Source of the DNA: Gordius albopunctatus
Lineage: Eukaryota
Reading direction: 5' to 3'
NCBI GenBank assembly: GCA_964276515.1
Contig: OZ193910.1
Location: 1,550,001-1,614,000 of the forward strand
DNA: 64,000 bases
Positions 12,449-26,825 of the stretch are shown here, piece by piece. Numbering within the stretch: the stretch's first letter is position 1; every line of letters begins with the position of its first letter. A program made the position numbers and the translations under genes. The notes below the pieces were generated by a model. That model was not told the origin of the DNA. It saw only the letters and a list, made by a program, of their open reading frames with translations, and ran no database searches.

Positions 12449-15400
12449 CTACTTTGCGAGGGGTTGGGCGGTTGTCGGTATTTTGCGATCTCGAATTTTT
12501 TTAGCCGCCATCTTGTCTCGATCAGCTGATGCCAATCTCGTCTTCACCGTGCCGCCGACTGGTTCCACCCCTCCGTCGTCGTCGACTTCGGGATCAGCTT
12601 TGACCAACTCGTCGGGACGGAATATATCGGGTAAACGAGTTGATTTACCGACCGCCCGGTCTCGGTAAACGAAAGTCGACGAGTTGGAAGGCTTGCGGAC
12701 TAGCGCTAAAACATCTACTATGTCCAAATCCTGATGATAATTAGCCTTACACGATAGCAAATTATTTTCCTCTTCCTTTTGGGAGGAACGTTGAGGTGAA
12801 GGGGCTGAACATAAATCTTGCAGAATCAAAGGTTTCAAACTAGACGATCCCGTCAGGACGTTGTAAGGCTAATTAAGAGGTGACAACCCGTGTGAGGCGA
12901 GGGCAAATAAATTTACGGAGAAGCATTTCAGAGATAACACTGATACTCATTGTAAAAACGAAATGACAGACTACTTGTACAATCGATGAGAAAAGACACT
13001 CAATTAACGCGGACATAATATGCGTGAGGCACGTTATTTACACTTTTTTCGAAGGCAATAATCGTATTGAATTTTTGAAACATGCTATAATATGCGATCG
13101 CAGCGAGAAGTCTCAATAGCTTGAAAAGCATTTATTGGACCTCTGTTTTGAATGTCACAAAAGCACGACTATGTAAGATGAAAAACACGTGGCATCAAAG
13201 CAGGCTATTGTCATTCGTAACATTCATTCCACCATGCAACTAAAGTTGTAAACACGGCTGGGGGTTTTGTTTGGTCGACTAAACACATAAGGGGATATGG
13301 AAGGGAAAAAATTAAAATGTCATGGAGACGCCTTGCAACACCGATGCAATAGGATTTGAATTAAATGACTAAAGATGTTACAAAAACCAAAGGTATTTTT
13401 GGTCTATTTTTCTTAGTCGACCTCTTGGCTTAGTCTAAATGTTAAAAAAGACCAGAGTAGATCAGTAGTCTTTGTTAAACCGGATGTCGATCACACAAAC
13501 CCCCCAGTCCTTTTTGAAATATTGGCTGTGGTAGCTAAGTGATTAGTCATAATTGTGCACGGCTTACCCGATATCTTTCGGCTTCGGACGGCCTCAAGCC
13601 TGGGTCGTTCAATTTATTTTTGACCCCTTGAGTTAGGGGGATTTTAGTATAGCCCCGGGCTGAGGTCGGTCTCAGGATTCGATTCGACGCTTGGGCATAT
13701 TTTCTATTCACAAAAACATCAAGTTTATATGTAAGCAGCATACAAGTTCAAAATGGGTATCCTAAAAATTTTTATTAGGCCCCATATACAAAACTAACCT
13801 TGTATCTTATAGGTAAGATGTAAAATTATTTTTTTTCGAAAAGATCTCTCATGGGTCTGTATATATATTAAAATTCATATGCATAATCTACAGGAACTGG
13901 CACTGAATAGCCATCATATTGTCGTGTATTTTTAATTAAATAAAACATACATGATCGCAAAGTGATATATAACTAATTAAGATAAGGAATCTATCAATAC
14001 ACCCCCCCCCCCTACCTGGAATTATAAAAATATCCTGTAAATTGCTATAAAATCGCATCTATGATAGCTATCTGCCCATAAAAATATTTTAAAATAGTAA
14101 TTTTATAAATTCAACAAAGATTAGCTATGCTACTTCACATATATTTAGTTTTCCATTAATTTTTATAACCAACTGAACAGTGATAATAACTTATAGTCTT
14201 GGTGGTTGGATTACCAAATTTAGTCGATAAATATAAATTAAGGCTATAAAAAACCGGGAAAAAAGATAAAATTAAAAGTTGTAAACAAGAAAATAAAAGA
14301 ATTACAAAAGTTTCTTGGGTTCTAAAAGCGATTGGTATAGCTTTTGGTATATGCTCCCATTCAAGGCACTCCCACTAAAACTATCTGTCAATATAGAATC
14401 TTTATTTTCTACGGTTCCATCTGATTTCGGGTCAATTGTCCAAGTGTCACTATCCGTGTCGTAACGGGCTTTCTTGATCACTTCATCCCGTTTTTGGTAA
14501 GGCACAAAATTTTCCATAACCATTAATCTAATTTAAAATTTTTAAAAAATTCGTTTATGTTTATTAAATTTTATTTTAAAAAAAATAATTTTTTAACGGA
14601 AATCAGCTGAAGTGGTATGGGGGCATATACTAAGGAGGGAGACGGATGATGTAAATCTCCTAAAAGTACTGGAGGATGGAGGTACCGGGTAAGAGAGGAA
14701 GAGGACGACTTCGTGTCACGTGGAAAGGGGGCAAGTGGAGAAAGTTATGTAAACTAAGAAGATTAATAAAGACATGGCCCCCTTACCCGACCCGATCAAG
14801 ATGAAACTCATCAAAACAAACCCCAGGACTGTGAAAGCTAATATTATATATAAAAATGAAACTATGCGTGTGGTGTGTATATATTCCGCCACCAATTTTG
14901 GAAAACTAACAGACCGATTTGTCACAAAATTTCACAGTTTATTCCCCACACTCCGAAGCATGTTTTAAGATTTGTTCGAGCCAAATCGGTGCAGTAGTTT
15001 TCGAGTATTCGTACGCGTTGCACTGCATACGGAAATAGAACAATAGAAGTAGAACACATAGACGACATCAAACTTTATTTATACTTCAATAACCGCTTTG
15101 TCATCATATATGCCCTAAAATTCCAACATAATTTAATACACCCCCCGGGTAAATGGCAAAACAAACTTTGCCGGGTTCATCTAGTAATTGATAAGAAAGA
15201 AGAAAAACCTACAAAAATATGCATTTTTAAGCACTTGAATTTCATTTCTTTAATCAAGTCTCGGTGTTGATGGTCCAAAAAGTGTTTTTCTTGAGCGTGA
15301 AAATCGCGCAGCTCATTCAATTCCGACCGCAAATTTTGCAATTTATTGAAAAGCTGCAAAAATCGGGATAAAAAATACGACATAAAATTAAAAAATAAAT

Positions 15401-18400
15401 TGCAAAAAATTAGTTTGGAAAAAATCAACTTTTTTTCGATATAAAGACCTTTCTCAATTTTCTAGTTTTCGTTTCGACTTCTTGTTGCAGCGATTCGTAT
15501 GTTTCTTGCGTACCCAATTTACTTTCTTCCGTAGCTTCTAGCTTTTCCATGATTTCTCTTTCCTTCCTCTGCATGAGTAATATTACATATTTAATTTAAA
15601 AATAACAAGCCGTTTTCATATAAAATACATAGATTCTTTAAATTTTAATATAGATATGGCTAAAATTGCGAAAAACCCCCTGCCCAATTCAAATCTTAGC
15701 TATGCCCATGAGTTTTGATATTTAAAATCCATTTTTAAACACCTATACAACAATTACATTTAAAAGGGCTATTTCTTATAAAAAATTTGCTGCTTTTATC
15801 AAACACTTAAAAAGAAACATTTGGGTAGAAAGAAAAAGTAGGGATATTTATTAAACTTTCAGGTTTTTCATTGAAAATTCCACGAAATTAAAGGAAAGTA
15901 AGTTTAAAAAGTGGGATTAAAACTTTTTCTTCGGCTATTTGCGCCCTTTGTCGTTCCAATATCTTTTCCTGCTCGTTCGTATGGTCAATGATATTTTTAC
16001 CGCCGCACAGCAATTTACTTTCAATATCCTGTTAGTAAATAAATACACTCACACATAAATGAAGATTTCGTTAAATATTGTCCCTATGTCTTGTCCATTA
16101 TTATAATCATAGACTGCTCGTGTCATATGTGTTTCACGGGTCATTTTAAATTTATCTATCTCCCCCATCCATTTCTGCAATGTGCCCCCTTGTAAAAACA
16201 GAAACAGTGAATTCATCTTCCTCATTGGGGCAAAAAATAAAAGAGCCCATGTCGATAAATGATTATTATTAAATCAAATGCAGATGGCGGCACTAACATC
16301 ACATCCTTATCACAGTATTTTTATTTTGATTATTTCAGTAAATGATGCACATTTACTGAAATGCCGATTTGAATGTTTAATTCAATATTTTTTATCAGGT
16401 TTTAAAAACACTTTAAAGTAACTAAAATTACTATAATTGTCTATATGTCCTTTCCTTATTTGTGCCCATTTCAAAATGGCGGAAAAGGGTTCCACTTATT
16501 CTAATTTGATGATTATAATACAAATACAAATTAGAGGTGTGTACGGATCAATCCGATCCGACATCCGATCCGTCCGAACTCGGATCGGATCAACATTTTG
16601 TTTTAGTCGGATCGGATCGGATTTTCAAATTTAAAATAAACAATAATAAGTTGTAATTAATTAAATTAATAATTTTTAGTATACCTTTTCATAATTATCC
16701 TTGCATTCTTTTTTTACTTTACCATTTTTGATGTCCAATACCAGCTGCCACCTTACTTACCCCTAACATATTTATCAGTATTTCCCTAGCGTTTTTCCCT
16801 AGCTAGACTATCTTGTTTGGCGAGAAAGGAGCTAGTGTCAATGATAAATCAGCATCTCCCGTCGTTTCCTTTTTAGCTCACGCCTCTCTTTCTATCTCAA
16901 CTCAACTCCGAAAATCATGAATCACAATCTCCCCTTTCCTTAAAGCACGCGCCGCGTAGCTCATTTCCCTCTTGATTCCGGGTATATTTTAAAATAGTTA
17001 ATGAATGGGAAGATGAGCAGGAAGAAGATAAAGTCCCCGATGAAATCTCAATTTAGATTTCGTTAAAAAATGAAGATTGCAAATATGATTCAAACAAAGA
17101 TCTGCTGAAATGGTGGGTTTCATATCAAACAGTCCTGCCAAGGCTTTATAAGATAACAAATAAAATTTTAGCTATACCTGCTACCTCTACCACTAAGGAA
17201 AGAAATTTCTCGGTGACTGGAAGAACATTAGAAGAAGAACGCGAATTAAACCAGAAAATTTAGATTCTCTATTATTTTTATATGATAATATGGAATTGGT
17301 CAAATAAAATTTTATATTTAATTCAGGTCTATTAAAATTTCTATACCTTATTTTTATGTATTTTGAATTTAATCATCAATAAAAAGTTCTGTTCGTAAAA
17401 TTTTAATTTAAAAATTTCGGATCGGATCGGATCGGATGAATATAAAGTTTTTCAAAAACCCCTCGGATCGGATCCACCTCTAATACAAATCCACATTTAT
17501 GGTAACCTTATTAACTGCTCAAAAACAAATAAAAATTGATGATTAACGTATTTTAAATAAACGATTGATGATTTTCCAAGCAATTCCAATACCTAATTTT
17601 AAAGAAAAATATAAAGTGTGTAATAAAAGTGTTGGAAAAGGGGGTAAAAATGCTGACTTTAATCCGTTGGCCGAGCTTGATTTGGGCTTGTTCTTCTTGG
17701 TGCAATAGATCTTCGCGTTCCTCTAGCTGCGACAACAATTTTTCTTTTTCCTAAAAATCACCAAAAATGTTTTTTTTATTTTACAAAAATCCGTCGGACT
17801 CAAAAATAAAAATGGAATTTAGACATGGGCGAGATGGAAAAAGGGAAAGCCAACCAGCGGTCATTGGCTAGTGTATTTTCGAAAGCAAAATAAAAGTCTT
17901 TTACATTACCATCCCATATAAACTTCCACGGCAATCACATTTAAAAATAACAAGAAACCAAAAATGAGGCCTTGAATTGCGTAGAAATTAATACTTCTTT
18001 GATGAGGTTATGATTGTTCATAATAGTATCACGCTCGGCTTCCAAAGAGACCAGTTGATCTTTGCATAAATCACTGTATTCATTGACGTCTTTATCGATA
18101 TCTTCAACTTCGGGAATTCTATCTGAATCTATTATACAACAGGCGATTTATAAAACAAAAAATGATAATTATTTGTATAAGATTATTACCTTTCCTAGTT
18201 CTCTTCTTTTTACCAGACTTTGTTCCACCCTTTTCGGCCAACTTTTGTTTCAGTCTATTTTTAAATAAATAGTTACTTTTTCCTTTTCTTAATTAAGCCT
18301 CAAATTTGGTTTTAAAAATAATTTATTTTAAAAAGGATTCTAAACATCGAATTAGAGTAACGTACAGGTTGAAATAGAGAAATAATCAAGTTTTTTTGAG

Positions 18401-21400
18401 CAGGACCTATAGAAAGTTATTGGAGAAATGAGAATATCGATGTTCAAAAAAAATATGATAAAAAATATATAAATTAAAAAAGGATAAAAAATTATTACCT
18501 AAAATAGAGATATTTATATTATTCCAAAAATAAACTACCTCTGTATTTCTTCTTGATATTTTCGCAACGTAGCATCTTTAGGGTCTTCGTTAATGCGCGG
18601 TTTATTCTTTATATTTTTGGCTCGGCTAGCGTACCTTTATAAAAAAACGCAAAATATAACATTACAAAAAATAAAAAACATAAAAAATTAATTAAAATAT
18701 TTAAGAAAATAATTACAAATTAATTTTAAAAACCGTAAAGTCATTAGGGTTTCTTCGTAATTATAGCTGGCAGGTCCTATATTAGCTACCATAATAGTTT
18801 TGGTGTTGCCTCCTAGCGAATCTGATAAAATAAAAATATTTTCAGATATTTATTGAGATAAATCAAAAAATAAATAAATATAAAATCATTCATTTTTTAT
18901 TTTTTTGTTGATTTTTTTTGAATCCATACTCTGTAACAAACGCGTCAATTTTGAATCTCTGTATGGGACGTGAGAACTTTTCCCATCGACAATAGCAGAG
19001 ATAACGTTGCCCAAAGCACATAGGGACAAATTTATTTTAGTCGATTCTTTAAATCTTTCCCCCTTAAAGCACAAAAAAAATAAATTTAATAAAATAAATA
19101 ATTTAATTAAAATAAATAAAGCAAATAAATACCGTAGCCCCAGTTTTTTCTTGTCTTTCGCTCCCGGCCAAGTCGACAAGATTTAGCTTGCCAACCCTTA
19201 TATGATTTTCCCCATCTTCACCCACCTTCATCGATAATTCAACAAAAACTCTTAAAATCCAATATATTTAATGTAAATAAACTAGAATCATTAACTTTAA
19301 AAAAAGTCACAAAATAGGCAATTTCCCCAAATAAACTCAATATTGAAGCATTTATGACAAATAGGAGTAAAAAATGAAAAGTTAATTTCCAAAAATATTA
19401 AAATGTCTTGGACTTGTCAGATGTTTTCCAAATATGTATAATACAATTAACTTTTTTTAAACTATTTATTTCACTAATCCTTAAAATATATTTTTTTTAC
19501 CTTAAAAAATTAAATCATAACATTTTTGCGAGATACACAAGTATTTTTGAGACTGTAAAAGGGGGCAGATGGCCCTCTTTGTTAATTTGGTATTTATAAT
19601 AAAAAATAGTAGAAAAAACTAAATACTTCGCTACACTCGATCGTAATGATGAAAATGGCGTGGGACCTGGAGCTGTGTTCATTCATATGGGTAGCCCTGG
19701 TATCGAAAATAAAAGTAAAACATCATTACTTTGCAAAACAAACAAAAATTATGAAAATTTATGAACATGAAATGCACATCAATTTTACATAACTATATAT
19801 ATATGAGGTGGAGCTTGGGGTATATTTACTAAGCTACACCATATGACGTTGGCTTGTAAACACGGCTGGTTTCATTCATTCGACCTTCGGATTTAGTCGA
19901 TTAAACTCGAACAGACCAGAAGGTTTGACCAAAAAGCCGTGTTTACAACTCTGCCCACCACTGTGGGTCCAAATACTTGATAAAGAAGAAGTTTGTTGTG
20001 ATATAAATATAAAAAATTAATTTTGCACAAAATTTATATTTTAAAATATTTTTGAAGTTTTGGAAAAACCCTGTGGTACGATTAGCGTTCCCGGTCTGCA
20101 TTATTTCTCTTATTTCTTCCACACTTTTTGCAGCTACAGAATGAAGACCCTATATAAAGCATTAAATTTTAAAAATTGATTCAAAAAACAAAAAATTGAA
20201 CAAAAACTTATATCACCTTTTTTATTTTTTATGTTAAAAACATTTGATGATTCTTTGTTGAAAATTGCCATTTCACGTATACTTAGGTACAAATACTTTA
20301 TTTAGTAGTAACTTTAAGGGGAAAAAATTAATCGCCAAGTTTAATAGGATGCAGAGCTAAGTTTTACATTTACCTTACAATAACTAAATTTAGAACCACA
20401 TACTAGATAATTTTTAAATAACAAATTAGCGTTTCTCTAAGTTTATTTTACAACTTAAATATTTCACAAGTAGTCAAAAAATTAAAAAAAACTGATTTAA
20501 AGTCCAATTTTAGTTGAAATTTAAAACTTTAAAATGTATAAAAACAAATAAAAATTCGGAAATTTGGAGAACCGTTTTTACTAGGAATAATTCAAGCTGA
20601 GCATATTTAAAGTAAACATATTTTTTTGATTTTCAATTCCTACTGTCTCCTTTCAAATTATGAGGATGATGATCATTTTTAAAATTATGGCCATAAAACT
20701 AACTATTTTAGTAGTGTAAATAAAGAGATATTTCAATAACCTTTTTTCATTAATTTCTCATTATAATTTATCAGTTAGTGAAAATATTAGTACAAAAAAA
20801 TATGTGTAAACCTTTATGTATGTGCCAGTGTCAGGTTTTTCCCTAATTTCTAGCCTTTTATTAATTTGATCTTGTTGGGGAGCTAGGAGATCTCTCATCT
20901 CTTCTCGATATATCTCTAGGTATGATGCTTTTACAAGATATTTCCTATTTGAATCTGACCTGGCTATGTGTTGAAATATGTGCTCAAATGACAAGGGTAT
21001 AACACCTCGCAATTCTAGCACACTTTGAATGCCTAAAATATCAATTTTAATTGAAAACAAAAATTCTGACTTTAATTTCAAAATCAAAGGAAAATATGAT
21101 TGAATTCCAAAGCTTAAATAAAAAAGAGCCTAGATCTTGTAAAATGCAAAGTGAATTAATTTTTGCCAAAAATATTATATTATTTAAAAATACAAAAACT
21201 AGTTGAAATATTTATAATATAAATTTCAATATGATCTTAATTTTTTGGTAGATATTTCCCATTTTTAATAAATCAAAAAATCAAAGGCAATCATTGTTCT
21301 GGCCATAGGTTATGTTAATTTAGATTAAAAACTATTGCCTAAAGTATAAACAAATATTGATCCAATTTAATTGTTTAATTAAAAAGTAGTAAAAAAAGTT

Positions 21401-21888
21401 TTGCCAAATACATATATTTATTGAAATCTGAGATAAATAAGGATCAAATATTATCAAGTTAGTTAATAAAATTAATAATTTTTTGTATTTTTATCTACCT
21501 TCCATGGTATAGGTTTTACCAGTCCCTGTTTGTCCATAAGCAAATATAGTACCATTAAAACCATCTAGTACAGAGTCTATAAGAGGCCTAAAGCTTTCAT
21601 CATATATTTCAGTTTGACTGGAACTGATTATATATATATATATATATTATCTATAGATGCCTATACCTAGGAGAATACACAGCATCAAAAGTAAAAATTT
21701 TATCAATGTCAGATGCTTTGTTTATGTTCCTTAGATTAATTGCCCCGTGCCTTTGATCAATTTCGACAATACTGATAAAGTTTCTCGCTTTAAATTTATA
21801 CTATTTACTTCTCATATGAATTTAACTTCTCCTTTTCATTCAAGGGCCTACATCTCACTACAACCTTAACTCGTTCAGATGCAGACAT
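12449..21888 (-). CDS. KIF3B: Kinesin-2 family motor subunit, KIF3B/KLP68D-like
   Basis: Exons (minus): 21888-21809, 21771-21667, 21623-21499, 21032-20812, 20149-20070, 19696-19627, 19225-19133, 19062-18930, 18821-18734, 18634-18539, 18254-18190, 18128-17995, 17750-17658, 16028-15924, 15568-15449, 15353-15235, 14527-14306, 13703-13568, 12868-12449. Motor motifs: [51 protein letters not shown]3B-type stalk and tail: [26 protein letters not shown]. Tail exons are less certain. Confidence 0.9.
14588..14838 (+). mobile_element. RTE-clade LINE 3'-end fragment, copy 2
   Basis: Homologous to the reverse complement of 5677-5945; directly abutted by the Helitron. Confidence 0.7.
14845..15184 (+). mobile_element. 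Non-autonomous Helitron, copy 1
   Basis: 5' TATATATAAAAATGAA; 3' hairpin GGCAAAACAAACTTTGCC followed about 8 nt later by CTAG|T. No TIR or TSD. Near-identical copy at 51215-51544. Confidence 0.8.
16532..17482 (+). mobile_element. Internally deleted hAT DNA transposon with remnant hATC dimerization domain
   Basis: Termini TAGAGGTG...CACCTCTA, subterminal (CGGAT/ATCCG)n repeats and a perfect 8-bp TSD ATACAAAT (16524-16531, 17483-17490). 17099-17285 translates to [46 protein letters not shown]..(fs)..ENLDSLLFL, the hAT C-terminal motif. A half copy starts at 46088. Confidence 0.9.
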
Positions 21889-22259
21889 CTAGTTGATTTT
21901 TGCTAAAATTCATGCCTTATTTTGAAAATTTAAAAAATCGATTTTTTCACAACATCTGATATTACCAATTGGCTACTTAATCGGTTGAATCTCCTTGAAC
22001 TTATTTATAACCATAGACTTGTAGTAACCACTACTATTTGATTGATTGTTCGAGGCATATTACATTAAGTGTACTTTGAAACTTAATTGATTCATTTACA
22101 TTACCTTACTACTTCCCGAAGTTAATTGAGCTATCACATATAGCTCGCGTCGCGGATTCACTACTAAATGTTAATTGATTTAATATTTCAATTAATTCGC
22201 GATTATATAAAGACGTGTAAAACACTTCTTCATAGCTTTGCAAGTAAATTAACGCCTAA

Positions 22260-22670
22260 GGGCCCTAGCATTTTGAATAGGTAAATTATCAGGTCCCACC
22301 GCTCTCATGGTCATCATTTTAAGCACCTGGTCAACCTCTTTTTCGGACACTTCTAACTTTGGGTCATAGCAATAGTTCTTGCTTTCCAAGTGGTCCGAAA
22401 ACTCATTTTCACTGTTTGATTATACTTTATAGTATTTTTCCCAGCGATCTATGATTTGATGGTCAAGACTCAAGAGTTAGAGTGATGCCTTCCTTGCTCT
22501 TTATGGTTTTCACGTTTACCACATCCATTAAGTTCCTTGCCATAGTCTTGGTGATTTTTTAGATTATTCTTTCCCCTTCTTTAATAGTTAACTTGGCGTT
22601 CAAATTCTCGTAGACATCTGTTTTAGCCTTGGCTACATAACGTTTTGCCTCATTTTTCGCTTTCACATCT
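22260..22670 (-). mobile_element. Decayed RTE-clade LINE internal fragment
   Basis: Translates (with stops and frameshifts) to AKNEAKRYVAKAKTDVYENLNAKLTIKEGERII...VKTIK...RAVGPDNLPI, the RTE endonuclease-RT linker. Confidence 0.7.
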
Positions 22671-22675
22671 TCCAT

Positions 22676-24650
22676 TGTAAAGCCTTCTTTTCAAATTTAT
22701 ACTAATTAACATAGGTTTTAAATCAAAAATGGTATATAGAAAACTTATATTAAAAATTACGCTATATATTACATTTCTCTCTATTTTAAATGTGAAATTC
22801 ATCGTAGAACCGTACAGGTGATTTTGACGTTCTAGTCGATCTTCTTAACGTAATCGGACTTGCAACTTTTTCACCATTCTTTTCCAGACTAGTATTAAGT
22901 GATGCGGAAATACCGAGCGAGACGAGATGAGAATTTTGACCTCGAGACGAGACGAGATTTTATCAGCGAGATCTCGGCTAAATTTTTTTTAACTATTGAG
23001 TCTTAATTTAGCTAATTAGAGTTTTTTATTTTATGAGATTTACATTTAGCATATTAAATGCAAATTAATTCGATTTTACCATCATAAGGATTAAAGTTAT
23101 TATATATCAAACATAACTAAAAATGACTAAATAATTGTTTATAATATATATTATATAATTAGTTATAAAATAATATTTTCACTAACGCATTGGACAAATT
23201 TCATATTATTTTATGCGAAAATTAATAATAAATGCATTAAGTACATTTTGTTATATATAATGGGATGTCCCACTATAATAGAATTGTTTAAATTTTCTAT
23301 TTAACAATATTAATTAAATTATATATGTGCAATAAACGTAAGATTTGAAAGATTTTATGTTTTTTAACAATAATGCCTATTTTATTGTATTTACAATGTT
23401 CAAATCATTACTTGTTATAAATAATGATAATATTATTATAAGTGTAACCTCGCATTTTTGTCATTGTTTTAACGTTATTATATAAGATTTTGATAATGTT
23501 AAAATATGCTGATATTATTAAACTTTATCCTTTTATTGAGTCTTAGATAGGAAATAAAATACCTTAGAGTCATCTAATATAACACCTATATTAATGCTTC
23601 CTACCGTATCTTCATCTAGCTTGTGTTCTGGGATTCGAGATAAAAGATTGGTTCCATTTTGACAAATTTATATCTTATATAATAACTCATAAGAGCCAGG
23701 AAAAAAATATATATCGTATAATTATTTTTAAAAGTCGAGACGAGACGAGATCGAGGTTTTTGTAGGCCGAGACGAGACGATATTTCGCTTTCGAGTCCGC
23801 CTGATTTTCTTGCTGTCCAGTATCTTGATTTTAGCGTTCGAATCATTCTCTCAGCTAATCCATTTGTTTTGGGGTGGTATGGAGTTGATGTTACGTGCTT
23901 AATGTTGTTGTTGTCACAAAATTTTGTGAATTCTTCACCGACAAATTGTGGTCCATTGTCTGATACTATTTGCAAGGGAATACCGAACCTGCAAAACCAA
24001 TTTCGTAATTGCCTCACAATTTGTGGTCCTTTAATCGACGATAGTGTGGCTACCTCCACCCATTTCGATAATGCATCAATTAGAACCAACCAATAATTTC
24101 CTTCGACAGGTCCGGCAATATCTATGTGGACTCGATCCCAAGGTGGTCAGATACTGACCCAGAATATAAGGGAACTTCTTGTTCGGCTTGTCGGCCTTCT
24201 TGACAACCGTCACATTCCTTTACAAAAAGATTTACCTCTTAATCTTTAATACAGCCAGTGTCATCACTGAACACATTTGTATACTTTTCAACCAATTCCT
24301 CTTCTATGTTTTGAGGTTTTTTTTCTATAACATTAATCTTAACTTTATGAGGGAGTTTCAGGTTAAAAGCTTGCATCCAATTTAAACCATATATGGATTC
24401 TTCTTCTACAGTTGTTACAATAGCTGTTAATTTTATAGTTTTATTGTTTAAATTTACATAGATTTGTGTTTCTCCACATATAAGAACTGGATTATTTCCA
24501 AAAGCTTTTATCTTTGGGCATTGTATTAATTTAGGTGTATTTAAAATTTTGTAGATATTCTTGTTGATTACGGATACTGATGAGCCAGTATCATATAACA
24601 TTTTGAAAATTTTCTGATTTATCCTTACATGGATGTATGGTTTAAGATGC
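22676..24650 (-). mobile_element. Degenerate Ty3/gypsy element (protease and integrase, RT/RNaseH deleted), copy 1
   Basis: Aspartyl protease MLYDTGSSVS (24601) and integrase core ([36 protein letters not shown]). A polypurine tract and LTR start TGTAATATATAGCG lie at about 22773. Interrupted by a MITE at about 22895-23800 and cut at 24651 by another MITE. Confidence 0.88.
22895..23800. mobile_element. MITE with CGAGA/GAGAC subterminal repeats inserted into gypsy copy 1
   Basis: (CGAGA)n clusters at 22914-22975 and 23735-23780 bracket an AT-rich core. It replaces sequence that is present in gypsy copy 2. Confidence 0.65.
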
Positions 24651-26028
24651 TAGAGACCTGCAATATTTAGGTCAGTCGGCCCGGCCGTTATAACAACTTC
24701 AAAGCCCGGGCCCGACCCGGGCCCTTTAAAATAATAAATTATAAGCCCGGACCCGGCCCGCTAATTTTATACAAAGCCCAAGCCAGGCCCAGGGCCGTAA
24801 AATTTTTTCTTTCTATTTTTTTGTTTAATTTTTTTATCGATACGGTAAACAATATGTGTTAAAAATGTTGATAAAAATATTTTAGAAATAATAAATAGGT
24901 AATTCCCGGTCATTCGAGTTCTTCCATGTTTTAACAAACGACCTACATGGAATAAATTTTGAGAGGTGGCACTTTGGGATACACAAAACCATATAAACCA
25001 AATAAACTTTTAAACTACTTATTTAAGGTTATAATGTTTTTGAAAAAGTTACTTGGCTTCATTGCTTTTCTACCATTTTAAATAATTAGGTTATTAATAT
25101 AAATTTAAAAAACAGTCATATTTGAAAAAAGTACCTTGAATAAATAAATTTTAAAATTAGTTTTTAAATATGTTAATGATAATGAGTAAATAAATTTTGG
25201 CATTGGCCGGAGTCAAATAAAGTAGATGTAAGTGACGGTCAGCATTGATTTGCGAAGAATTATAGCCAGTTTAGGAATTACCCGATATATTTCGCAAAAA
25301 ACTAGACAAGTCGCCCAAAGAAATTTATTAATAAAAGTAATCAGTCGGGCATAAAAACAATATTGGAATTTGAGGTCGGGCGAGGTCGAAAAATGTAAAG
25401 CAAATCAGCGGTCATTAACTAGTCTATTAGCGAAAGCAAAATAAAAGTCTTTTATAGAAGCATAAGTCGACAGCCATCAAAAACCCGTATAAGTTTCCAC
25501 GGCAATCACATTGAAAAATCACAAGTTGGACAGGATAGGACGGATACCTAAAAGAGAGCCCATAAATTGCATAGGAATTAATATAAATAATTTTAAATAA
25601 TAAATTAATTCACTCAATACTGATAGAGGGCATAAATGGGGAGGCAAGGATGGGAAGCTGCACCCCTCCAGCTCCAAAAATCCCTGATGGAAAAAACATT
25701 TTTTGTCCTATCCAAACTGCCCCCTCTAATTTAAATTGGTTCTCTCCATGGGATCACGTTTATAAATTATCTTTAACATTTATAATACGGATTGAGAATT
25801 TTATGAATTAATGAGCTAGGATGTAAACAAAATTTAACTTTCCTTGTTAATTTAATATACATAAAATAATTATATTTTACAACATTATAGAAACACCTTC
25901 TATTATACTAAATCTAATTGAATTTGTAAAGGGCTTTTAACGGGCCTTAATTATAACTAGGCCCGGCCGAGCTCTGTTTTATTTTCAAGCAGATGACCGT
26001 GCAAGCCCGGCTCGCGGGCCGGTATCTA
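24651..26028. mobile_element. hAT-type non-autonomous element with CCCGG subterminal repeats
   Basis: Starts TAGAGACCTGCA and ends GGTATCTA, with GCCCGG clusters at both ends. The minus strand at about 24905-24995 retains a frameshifted hATC-like remnant (VLCIP...LFHVGRLLKHGRTRM). No TSD recognised. Confidence 0.6.
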
Positions 26029-26622
26029 GCCAGGGCATCCCCCTAAGCAAAAATTAAAAAAAATTGATATAGAGCGTTTCTCTAAATTAATTTTATTTAA
26101 TACAATATTTTTAAGGTTTATATTAAAATATTTATTTGATTATTTATTAAATAAACTTTTAAATTGTTCATTCTAATTTCTTTTACCAATTTTATAAAGT
26201 TTGGGTTTTACACGTGTAAAAAATGTAATAACTAAATTATTTTTTTTAAACCTTGAAGTAATGAATTTTATAAATTTTATAAAAAAAAACATTTTTTTAT
26301 TCAAAATTACACGTAATATTTTTAAAATTTCAACCACGTTTTTTTATTAAAACATTTGGCAAAAAATGGACAAATTTCTGACCAAAACCACCAAATTTAA
26401 AAAAAGGGAAACATAAATGCAAGAGTGGCGAAGGCATATATATGGTGAGGGAGTAAGTTGCACGCGAAGGAATAAGAGGGAAAGAAAATCTTGTTGAAAT
26501 TTATTAAACTTCTGGGGCTAAAATTTCAAAAAATTATCATTATTGCCCTTCTCAGACCCCAATGCTGCTGGCTAGCTATTTCATAAATTTTAAAAGGAAA
26601 CCACATTAGAGGTGAGTGAGAG

Positions 26623-26825
26623 TAGAGTTGTTAAATTGCTAACTTGCTTCAAACTCCAGACGCGAGCACGCACACTGAGTTGCTTAATATAGGCGTTAGC
26701 ACAATATGAGCTCGCTGTTCGGTGCTAAAGGCAGAACAGTAGCATATAAAAATGCTCAAGGGCCGAGCGGAAACTCGAGCAGATGATAGCTGGAATTGAA
26801 GAAAGTTAGCAATTTAACAACTCTA
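26623..26825 (+). mobile_element. hAT-type MITE (family A), intact copy
   Basis: TIRs TAGAGTTGTTAAATTGCTAA / TTAGCAATTTAACAACTCTA, 203 bp long, perfect 8-bp TSD AGTGAGAG. Sister copies at 40981-41183 (+) and 61964-62161 (-). Confidence 0.92.

Noticed and set aside
16540..16625. Short regularly repeated motifs (CGGAT, CGAGA, GCCCG, ACCCG) resembling arrays
   Set aside because: They are subterminal repeats of TIR elements, with no repeat-spacer architecture; not CRISPR.
18815..18935. Kinesin LLQNSLGG instead of LLQDSLGG
   Set aside because: A single conservative substitution at a split codon; all catalytic motifs are intact.
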